From: an uncultured Candidatus Micrarchaeota archaeon
Lineage (GTDB): Archaea > Micrarchaeota > Micrarchaeia > Burarchaeales > Fermentimicrarchaeaceae
Length of the DNA: 64,000 nucleotides
Reading direction: 5' to 3'
NCBI GenBank assembly: GCA_963760615.1
Contig: CAVXDX010000004.1
Location: forward strand, 1 to 64,000
Shown: piece by piece, positions 7,648 through 15,289 of the stretch
Position numbering within the stretch: position 1 is the first letter of the stretch
How the letters are laid out: each line of letters opens with the position of its first letter
The notes under the pieces: model-generated
What the model was told of the DNA's origin: nothing
The model's database searches: none
The model's input: only the letters and a program-made list of their open reading frames with translations
Program-made: the position numbers and the translations under genes

Positions 7648-8925
7648 ATGGTTTTCAAGGCGACTGTAGTCCTGAGCCGTAAATGGGATGCTAGCGAAGC
7701 AGGTGAAGAAATAGGAAAACAAATTAATGAAGTAATTAAGGATAAGCCCAGCTTCGTATTACTATTCTCAACTATCCATTATGAAAAATATGGTGGTTTC
7801 AAAAAATTTTTGGATGCTGTTAATACAAATCTACCTTCAGGTACCCCAATTTTGGGAGGAACAGTCGCAGGATTCATTAATAAATACGGAGCCTATACAC
7901 GAGGAGCCACTGCTTTAGCAGTATATTCTAATGAAATGGATATCGCTATTGGAGTTGGACATGATACCAAAAAAAATCCTAATAAAGCTGCAGAGACTTG
8001 CGCGAGAATGATAAAAAAAGGACTTGCTACAAGCAGATACCGAAATAAATTACTCTTTGAGATTGTTTCAGGGGGTAGAATACCTCCATTCCCCGGAATG
8101 GGGAGGAGAAGGGTTGTAACATCCGGTCTAGTCAGTAAAATAGCAACTGCTTTGACTGATTTTTCTTTAAATGTGCTACAATATGGTGTCGGTAGAGAAG
8201 AAGAGGTTCTAAGTTCCTTGTCCAACCAGCTTCCCGATTATACAATACTCGGTGGTTCTTCAATGGACAATAATACTATGTTAGAAAACTATCAGTTTTT
8301 TGGCAATGATTTTTATAAAAATTCAATAGTGGCTGTTGGAATAAGTACAGATCAGGAAATAAATCTAAACACAACATATGGTTTTAAAGAAACAGGTATA
8401 AAAATAAAAATAACTAAGAAGAGATGGAATATTATTCACGAAATAGATGGACTACCAGCTTTAGACGCTTTCTTAAAACTAATCTCCTGGCCTTATGACT
8501 TCATAGACGAAAGAATATATAGAAAAACGTTCTCTATTCCTCTAGGTTACAGAAAAGACAACATTTTATTCCCAAATGTTATTGGTGGATTTCTGGGCAA
8601 AGATATACTATGCGGTTATAAAATAGAATCTAATGAGCTTGATTTGCTGTCTGCATCTGGAAAGAGCTTAGTGAATGCAGTAGATGAAAATCTAAAAGAA
8701 TTTGAGAATAAAAATAATAAGATTGCAATAATTGTTGAATGTGGCATTAGGTTAGAGGCGATAGGTGCAAACATTTTTATTACGCGAGACAAACTCCTCA
8801 ATTTTTTTGGAGAAACTCCATTCATTTTAATATATACCGCCGGTGAAGATGCATATAGCCTAAAAAAAGGAAAACGACACGTTAATGGCAGTTTTAATGT
8901 CGTAACAATATCCAACCCTGATTAA
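7648..8925 (+). CDS. FIST (FIST_N + FIST_C, NosP-like) domain protein
   Basis: 'PSFVLLFS', 'PILGGTVAG', 'ILGGSS.D', 'IHEIDGLPALD', 'IVECGIR' and 'IYTAGE' are recurring FIST motifs. Confidence 0.85.
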   Translation: MVFKATVVLSRKWDASEAGEEIGKQINEVIKDKPSFVLLFSTIHYEKYGGFKKFLDAVNTNLPSGTPILGGTVAGFINKYGAYTRGATALAVYSNEMDIAIGVGHDTKKNPNKAAETCARMIKKGLATSRYRNKLLFEIVSGGRIPPFPGMGRRRVVTSGLVSKIATALTDFSLNVLQYGVGREEEVLSSLSNQLPDYTILGGSSMDNNTMLENYQFFGNDFYKNSIVAVGISTDQEINLNTTYGFKETGIKIKITKKRWNIIHEIDGLPALDAFLKLISWPYDFIDERIYRKTFSIPLGYRKDNILFPNVIGGFLGKDILCGYKIESNELDLLSASGKSLVNAVDENLKEFENKNNKIAIIVECGIRLEAIGANIFITRDKLLNFFGETPFILIYTAGEDAYSLKKGKRHVNGSFNVVTISNPD

Positions 8926-9022
8926 TAATCAATTATTTATACAAACCGCATCCAATTTTTTCCGTACTCTTTCAAACTTTAATACATTTGTTTTATACCT
9001 CTCCCTTCTAGTCTTATTTCTG

Positions 9023-9124
9023 ATGACCATGCTGGTCAATGCGACTTTTTGTTCGGCCTGCGGCTCCGGCGGATTAGTAACAATCAAAATATTAAAGATG
9101 GCATATCTACTTCCCCCAATCTAG
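9023..9124 (+). CDS. Candidate 33-aa peptide MTMLVNATFCSACGSGGLVTIKILKMAYLLPPI
   Basis: Own translation. TTTTATA at 8991-8997 lies about 26 nt upstream of the ATG, which is leaderless-promoter geometry. Confidence 0.25.
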   Translation: MTMLVNATFCSACGSGGLVTIKILKMAYLLPPI

Positions 9125-9147
9125 CCCCAACAGCTAAGTCTAACATA

Positions 9148-10212
9148 CTACCACCCGATATTCGAAATTTCATAGGCTTTGTAAATATCAGCATATTCTC
9201 TATAAAATAATCTTGAGATAAAATAACTACGAATTCCATATCCACCAGCAAATGGTTTTATATGACGATTTAACTCTTGATTATTCATTCTACTCAGTCT
9301 CTCAAACGCTTTATTAAATAGTGGCGATGCATAATAAGACAGAACCCACCGTTTTTCATACCTATCTAGATTTCTCTCAATAACTGCTTCAGCCGCCATT
9401 TTGGCTGCATTCATACCGGATCGAATACCACCTTTAGTTAGTGCATTTGTTTGACATGCCGCATCGCCAACTAAAAGTATTCTTCCATTAATAAACCTAT
9501 CTACCCCGCCGTAGCCTATTACTCTAGTCTGCTTGGTTAGAAATTTACCAGCATATGCCAAATTCTTAAGTAACGGAAAACCAATTTTTTTCGTACACCC
9601 ATTTGGAAATACCCAGCTATAATCACCTTTATATTTTTCATCATAGTAGAAAAATAAAGTATCATGTATGGGCTCTTCATCCACTATATACTGAATAACT
9701 GGAGTAATTCTGCCCCCCCAGATCCCAAGCGTTTTTCTAAACATCGAATTTGCACCATCCGCAGCTACAACATAATCAAATCTTCTTACAGTACCCTTAG
9801 AGAATTTAACAACAACTTTATTCCTGTTCTGCGAAAAATCCGAAATATTTTCTACTTTAAAATCCCCACCAATCTTCTCGTACCAGCTAATAATATTCTC
9901 TAAAAACCGAGGTCTATTGAGTACATAACCGTTTGTCTTCATTGTATTCTCGATTTTACCGGGCCAAAGATCTTTGAGATATCTTATTCTCTCAACAATA
10001 GCAGTCGGTTTTATCGGTTTTATATCATTAAAACAATCCTCACTTATGACCTCACCGCAAATACTATGATAAATATCAAACTTATCTTTGGTTAATCTCT
10101 CAACAAGGGTAACATTCAACTCATCATCTTTATCAAAATATTTCAAGAAAAAAGCAGCAGCGCATCCAGCAGGTCCAGCTCCAACAACCAGCACATCACA
10201 CTTCATTGTCAT
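9148..10212 (-). CDS. Geranylgeranyl reductase-family flavoprotein
   Basis: 'DVLVVGAGPAG', 'CGE', 'VVAADGANS', 'YSWVFPNG' and 'LLVGDAACQTNALTKGGI'. Confidence 0.8.
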   Translation of the reverse strand: MTMKCDVLVVGAGPAGCAAAFFLKYFDKDDELNVTLVERLTKDKFDIYHSICGEVISEDCFNDIKPIKPTAIVERIRYLKDLWPGKIENTMKTNGYVLNRPRFLENIISWYEKIGGDFKVENISDFSQNRNKVVVKFSKGTVRRFDYVVAADGANSMFRKTLGIWGGRITPVIQYIVDEEPIHDTLFFYYDEKYKGDYSWVFPNGCTKKIGFPLLKNLAYAGKFLTKQTRVIGYGGVDRFINGRILLVGDAACQTNALTKGGIRSGMNAAKMAAEAVIERNLDRYEKRWVLSYYASPLFNKAFERLSRMNNQELNRHIKPFAGGYGIRSYFISRLFYREYADIYKAYEISNIGW

Positions 10213-10309
10213 GTAGCACCTATTTACTCAACTAATATTTAAATTGGCGGTACAAAGATATATACCCCTATAACATCAGTAAAATAAGTTATTACGGGCA
10301 GGGATTTGC

Positions 10310-11554
10310 GTGACTAACTGCATAATTGCAGGAGGAGGACTGGCGGGTCTAGCTGCGGCTTATACTATACAGAATAGCAAGAATGACATCTCATTATTAG
10401 AAGCCGAAAATAGAGTCGGAGGTAGGATACTCACCATACCCTATCACGGTAGATTCATGGATTTAGGTGCTCAGTTCTACTGCAAGGGAAATCATAAATT
10501 TTGGAATCTCGCAGCTGCAATTGGCTGTTCAACTCCGAAGATCATCAAAGGTCTCATCCCAAATATCTATCATCAAAATCGTAGACTTCTGTTAACACCA
10601 AAGAGTATCCTGCTGAACACCTCACTTAAAGAAAAGATAGAACTATCAAAACTACTCTATAAGTTAAATCGATTTGATTATAATTCCGATCTTAATATAG
10701 ACAATGACATTACCTTTAGTGAGTGGTACTATAACCACATTGGCAATGAAATGCTATGGCTTTGCGATACCCTCCTACATGGTGTTTGCTTCTCACACTC
10801 CAATAAAATATCAGCCGGTTATGCATTTAGAATCCTCAAGGCCATGTTAGCAGATAAAATTTATACCTTCAATAGAGGACTGGGCGAGATAAATACAAAA
10901 CTCGAGAATTTTTTAAATAGTAGAAAAAACGTACATCTTATCTTGAAAGCGGATATAAAACAAATAAATGTAGAGAATGACAATGTATCTGACTGCACCT
11001 ATGAATTTCAAGATAATTTAGTTAATGCAAAGACAAACAAATTAATTTCAACTATACCTGCTCCAATTCTGTACAAAGTATTAAACCAAAAGATAAAACC
11101 ACTAAGTGAAATCGAATATAGCCCTACTATATATCTTCTGCTCCTCTATGATAAATATATGCAAGGAGACTTAGACCTCTTCTTCACTGACCCGAAATTT
11201 CCTATAAGCGGAACTGCAAATGAGATGCATAAATTTCAAGGTAGCAACTTGGGTGCATTAGGCGTTCTGTTCCCAGATTGTGGAAAAATTATCAACAAGA
11301 CAAATGACCAAATAACTAACCTAGCTATCGATCTACTTTCAGATAAATTACCTCTTAATGAAAAACACATCACAGGAAGCATGGTTCTACGTTGGCATTA
11401 CAGTATGCCTGTACCATCACCGCAATTTTTCATTAATCAAAACAAAATAAAAAATCATGGAATTGGTGGTTTGTATGTATGTGGTGATTTTATGAGTATG
11501 CCAAGTCTAGAAGGAGCAATGTTAAGTGTGCATGACTCGCTTAATTTAAAATAA
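10310..11554 (+). CDS. FAD-dependent oxidoreductase, amine oxidase/protoporphyrinogen oxidase (HemY)-like
   Basis: 'IIAGGGLAGL', 'LEAENRVGGR', 'DLGAQF', 'RWHYSMP' and 'CGDFM..PSLEGA'. GTG start. Confidence 0.75.
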   Translation: MTNCIIAGGGLAGLAAAYTIQNSKNDISLLEAENRVGGRILTIPYHGRFMDLGAQFYCKGNHKFWNLAAAIGCSTPKIIKGLIPNIYHQNRRLLLTPKSILLNTSLKEKIELSKLLYKLNRFDYNSDLNIDNDITFSEWYYNHIGNEMLWLCDTLLHGVCFSHSNKISAGYAFRILKAMLADKIYTFNRGLGEINTKLENFLNSRKNVHLILKADIKQINVENDNVSDCTYEFQDNLVNAKTNKLISTIPAPILYKVLNQKIKPLSEIEYSPTIYLLLLYDKYMQGDLDLFFTDPKFPISGTANEMHKFQGSNLGALGVLFPDCGKIINKTNDQITNLAIDLLSDKLPLNEKHITGSMVLRWHYSMPVPSPQFFINQNKIKNHGIGGLYVCGDFMSMPSLEGAMLSVHDSLNLK

Positions 11555-11640
11555 TACGCCGTAAAATTTTCAAAAAAGTTTTTAGTGTTAGTATAAATTT
11601 TTTAACAAACATCTTTCCAATCTCCCCAACAACCAGCACA

Positions 11641-12285
11641 TCACAGTCCATTCGAGCCACCATTAAACATCCCATTTGACTCTTCAGTATTCACCTGCCT
11701 CACAACTATTTCGTCAGGAGTGTCCATCACTATAAACTCATACATACTTCTTATAATTCTGTTGGCGTACCCCCCGACCAGATGGTAGAATAGGTCAAAC
11801 ATCAGGAATGCCAGGAAGTATATAGGTGCAAATACTCCGAAGGCTACAAGAAGTAACATCACGGCCTGCATGCTGAACCTGAAGTGGAAGAAAGTTTTCC
11901 AGAATCTGGAGTTTATGAGCCCCAAATCGGACTGGTTGTTCCCAATCTCATCAATCACTCCGCCAAAAATCAATGCGGCTATGGGAAGCCAGTTCAGCAC
12001 TACGGAATTTGCCAAGAATATCGGAATTGCAAATGCAACTACCGTGGCAACCATGAAAACAGAGGTGTCTATCTTCCTAGTCACTGCCACTCCTACAATA
12101 ACTGCGATTCCTATGGAGGATGAAGTAGCATCAGTTGCCATGACGTACCCGCCGAGTAGCCCGCAGATTAATCCCAGTATCGCTGCAACTCTCTTATCAA
12201 ACACTCCCTCATCGTAAACACAATCAATGTACTTCAAACCCGCACCGAGGAAAGCAAAGCTGGCAAGCAGAAACCAATACTCCAT
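11641..12285 (-). CDS. Polytopic membrane protein with Asp-rich loops
   Basis: About six hydrophobic segments with the motifs 'KYIDCVYDE', 'KID', 'IDEIGNNQSD', 'FFHFRF' and 'FDLFY'. Confidence 0.6.
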   Translation of the reverse strand: MEYWFLLASFAFLGAGLKYIDCVYDEGVFDKRVAAILGLICGLLGGYVMATDATSSSIGIAVIVGVAVTRKIDTSVFMVATVVAFAIPIFLANSVVLNWLPIAALIFGGVIDEIGNNQSDLGLINSRFWKTFFHFRFSMQAVMLLLVAFGVFAPIYFLAFLMFDLFYHLVGGYANRIIRSMYEFIVMDTPDEIVVRQVNTEESNGMFNGGSNGL

Positions 12286-12337
12286 TTACATCACATCTGG
12301 TCGCAGCTTAAATTAACTTCGGAGGAGCTATTTATAC

Positions 12338-12787
12338 TTATCCTCCAGTCACCCTGAAACCATTAGTAACCTTCTTCACAAGCTTGTGGAAAACATAACC
12401 CCTATACTTCAGCTCAAGAAACAGCTGCACTGAATTGTCGCTCCTAATTATGTCAAATATCTTCACCTTGCTTCTGAAAGGAGCGAGCAGCACATCCACA
12501 TCAACACGATACCCCCTTTCCCCGCCAGAAATTGTAATCATGCCTATTCCCTTCTGTATGTAGAACTTCACATCCCCCGTTGCAATTTTATCCAGTATAG
12601 CTATAGCTCTATCGCAATCTGTCTCCTTCACATAAAACTTCAGCTGCTCTTTCTCAAGCATTATACCGTATATGTTTATCCCGCCCTTCCCCAGATAGCC
12701 CAGCACGTTAATTAGTATCTTATGGCTCTTCGGGCTCCCTTTCACAATCACATTCGCAAGGGGGTGCTTCAGCATCTTCAGTTCCAT
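12338..12787 (-). CDS. Stand-alone tandem ACT-domain protein (resembles the aspartokinase regulatory domain)
   Basis: 'ANVIVKG...ILINVLGYLGKGGINIYGI...LKFYVKE.D.DRAIAIL' followed by 'GIGMITISG'. Confidence 0.6.
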   Translation of the reverse strand: MELKMLKHPLANVIVKGSPKSHKILINVLGYLGKGGINIYGIMLEKEQLKFYVKETDCDRAIAILDKIATGDVKFYIQKGIGMITISGGERGYRVDVDVLLAPFRSKVKIFDIIRSDNSVQLFLELKYRGYVFHKLVKKVTNGFRVTGG

Positions 12788-12837
12788 ACCTAATATTCTC
12801 TAATAATAAGTATATAAAAATAACAGAAAGAACGAGC

Positions 12838-13557
12838 CTACTTCTCCACCACTATTCCCTTCGGCCCAATGCTCATCGTCCTGGCGAGGAAATCATGCTT
12901 CGTCAACCTCATCTTCTCAACAACCATCGTCCTCTTGCCCAAAGCTTCAATCTTCGCCATCTTCACTACTCCATCAACCAGGTATTCGCATGTCTCCTTG
13001 GCGCTCTCAAACGTCCTCTCCTCGTAGATATACATCACCGTGCTTGTATCCGCCTCCCTCAGCCTCCTTATGAATCTTGTAGTCAATGCCCTCAGCAGCA
13101 TGTCCTCGGATATGGGCATCCCGCCGACCTTCTTCAGAGCCTCGAATATCTGGTCATTCACAAACTCCTCCCTGCTCAGTGGAAGCTTGCTCAGGAATGA
13201 TGTGAGGGAGTCAACCACAACTCTGGCGGGCTTGAACGTCTTTATATCAGAAACAATCATCCCCTCCATGTCAGGCTCTCGGGTTATATCATAGTTCTTG
13301 AATTCCACAGGAAGACTCTTGAAATCCCAACCAAATAATTCGGCCTGCTGCGTGAGGCTCTCCTCCCCCTGTGTGAAGCTGATGTACGTCCCCTTGTCCT
13401 TGTACTGCTTTGCCCCGTTGTACAAATACTGCAAGCCCAGAATGGTTTTCAAAGTACCTGGAGAACCTTTCACAAGTATTGCGGCACCCTCAGGAAAACC
13501 GCCCTCAATTATCTTATCCAATTCCTCAATGCCAGTCGGAATCCTCTTGATCGCCAT
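12838..13557 (-). CDS. Single-domain KaiC/RAD55-like (RecA superfamily) ATPase
   Basis: 'RIPTGIEELD.IIEGG.P', Walker A 'GSPGTLKT', Walker B 'VVVDS', 'YLVDGVV' and 'VEKMR'. Confidence 0.85.
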   Translation of the reverse strand: MAIKRIPTGIEELDKIIEGGFPEGAAILVKGSPGTLKTILGLQYLYNGAKQYKDKGTYISFTQGEESLTQQAELFGWDFKSLPVEFKNYDITREPDMEGMIVSDIKTFKPARVVVDSLTSFLSKLPLSREEFVNDQIFEALKKVGGMPISEDMLLRALTTRFIRRLREADTSTVMYIYEERTFESAKETCEYLVDGVVKMAKIEALGKRTMVVEKMRLTKHDFLARTMSIGPKGIVVEK

Positions 13558-13627
13558 TTCCCCACCTCATTAATGAGAGAGATTAGAGTGTGTGAGTATT
13601 TATACTTTTTGTATTGATGAGAAAAAA

Positions 13628-13717
13628 TAGCGGGGCGTGGATTTGAACCACGGATCTCTGGGTTTCCCACGAAGGAGATATGAGCCCAGCGGGCACTCCA
13701 TACTACCCTACCCCGCT
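13628..13717 (-). tRNA. Initiator tRNA-Met (CAT) with a 15-nt intron at 37/38 (13664-13678)
   Basis: Reverse complement reads AGCGGGG...CTGGG CTCATA [TCTCCTTCGTGGGAA] A CCCAG...CGTGG TTCAAAT CCACG CCCCGCT A. It has the initiator hallmarks: A1-U72, G11-C24 and three G-C pairs at the base of the anticodon stem. Confidence 0.9.
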
Positions 13718-13729
13718 GCGGACTATATT

Positions 13730-14593
13730 CTACTTCTCAACATTTAAAAACTCAACTATGGGCTCGACGTTCAAACCCAGCTCCAGCTTCCTTATCTTCT
13801 TCAAATCAGCCCACATTGCTATGCTGTGCTCTACTCCAAACTTCACCTTCCTCCCCCCCATTCCCTCAAATACAATGTAAACAGAGTGTTTTGTAATCTT
13901 CCCCTTCTTGTAAACCCTAGAGCTTGTGCAGAGCAGTTTCAACCCCTTTATTTTCAGGCCAGTCTCCTCCAGCACCTCCCTCCTCACAGCTTTTTCAGGA
14001 GATTCGCCCCACTCCACCCCTCCACCTGGAAACTCCCATACTTTTGGCTCTCTTCTCTTCATTACAAGAATTCTCCTTTTGGAATCCCTCACAACTGCGT
14101 ATACATTAAGCTCCTGCACTTTGCCCCTCATGGAATCAACCTCTTGTGTGAGTCTCATCATTCTCCTAAAAGCAGCACTCTTGCTTCCAAGATGCTTTTC
14201 AATCCTCGCTATTTTATTATTATCTGAAAACTTGTCTGCATAACAGACAATCTTCTCCTCAAGCGTTTCAGGGATGAAATCCCTTGCAGGCAACCCCATC
14301 AACTCTGCCTCTTCCCTACTTATCCCCCCAAGGACATGCCTCTCCACAACTCTTGCAACCTTCTCACGCTCACCTTCTTTTCTTAATATCCTTCCACCGA
14401 AATACCCATGCTCCAGCCCATGGGTGACGCTTCTCCCAACATCATGAAGCAATGCCGCCCTCTCAACAAGCTCCACATCAACCTCAAACCCATTCCTCCT
14501 CAGCTCGCATGCAATTTCAAGAGCAATTTTTGCAACTTTTTTTGAATGAGCAACAACATTCTTAGGCAGTTTGTACTTCAAAAGCAGATTCAT
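13730..14593 (-). CDS. HD (HDIG)-family phosphohydrolase fused to a C-terminal Nudix hydrolase
   Basis: N-terminal 'HS..V...A', 'LLHDVGR', 'H...GG' and 'YAD'. C-terminal Nudix box 'GGGVEWGESPEKAVRREVLEETG'. Confidence 0.85.
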   Translation of the reverse strand: MNLLLKYKLPKNVVAHSKKVAKIALEIACELRRNGFEVDVELVERAALLHDVGRSVTHGLEHGYFGGRILRKEGEREKVARVVERHVLGGISREEAELMGLPARDFIPETLEEKIVCYADKFSDNNKIARIEKHLGSKSAAFRRMMRLTQEVDSMRGKVQELNVYAVVRDSKRRILVMKRREPKVWEFPGGGVEWGESPEKAVRREVLEETGLKIKGLKLLCTSSRVYKKGKITKHSVYIVFEGMGGRKVKFGVEHSIAMWADLKKIRKLELGLNVEPIVEFLNVEK

Positions 14594-14614
14594 GTTGTAA
14601 TTATGCAACAAAAC

Positions 14615-15249
14615 CTATTTAGGCATTACTTTTTTCTCAACAAAAATTAGAGGGGCGCCGCAGTCCAGGCACTTGAATCTGTTCTCAAACGCAACCTCAA
14701 AAGGAATCATGACGCCTTCACCCTTCTTGCAGGAAGAGCAGGTGTAGAAATCAAAGCTCTCCTCCCCCCTCCGACAACAGCAACTTCTTTCTTTCTCTCA
14801 AGAATTTTATTAATGTCGCCAAGGGAAAGCCTCCAGATGTAGGAATACCAGCCGCTCTCCTTATCCCTTGTTCGCTCATACGAGGTAAGTCCATAGGAAT
14901 GCAGCTTGTTCAGGACTGCCCTAACCTCGCTGACCTTTATCTTGCATGAGCCGGCCAAATCCTCATCGCTGAGGGGCTCCTCCAATGCTACAGCAACAGC
15001 AAGCGCCTTCTCCCCGGCAATCTCCATAATCAGGTTCCTCACATGCTCGTCTGCCAGCTTCACTGAAATAGTGCTTCTCCTAGCCTTGCTTTTCTTTCTA
15101 ACCGGTCTCACCATTTTCACTACTTTTCTGACAGCGTTTCTTGCTATTCTCTTAGTAACTCTTATAGTGTGTTTCCTTGCAACCGCCACCTTTTTCCTTA
15201 AAGCTGGCTTTCTGACTCTGGAGCGCACTTTGCGCTTCCTCATCTTCAT
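14615..15249 (-). CDS. tfe: Transcription factor E alpha (TFE), frameshifted at a G6 run (14764-14769)
   Basis: The wHTH 'LSDEDLA...VSEVRAVLNKL...Y.R.RD.ESGWYSY.W' is in one frame. The Zn ribbon 'FYTCSSC...FEVAFENRFKCLDCGAPL' continues in the -1 frame to a stop at 14615. One extra G would restore a single ORF. Confidence 0.8.
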
Positions 15250-15289
15250 GGTATAATTATGGAAGTAAGAATATATATCCTTAACGCTA

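Noticed and set aside
12838-13557. Circadian KaiABC clock
   Set aside because: It is a single-domain protein, no kaiA or kaiB is present, and the canonical S/T phosphosites are missing.
1-13627. Provirus, integrative element core or transposon
   Set aside because: No integrase, transposase, capsid or replication gene and no att repeat is visible in the window. Only island-like composition is supported.
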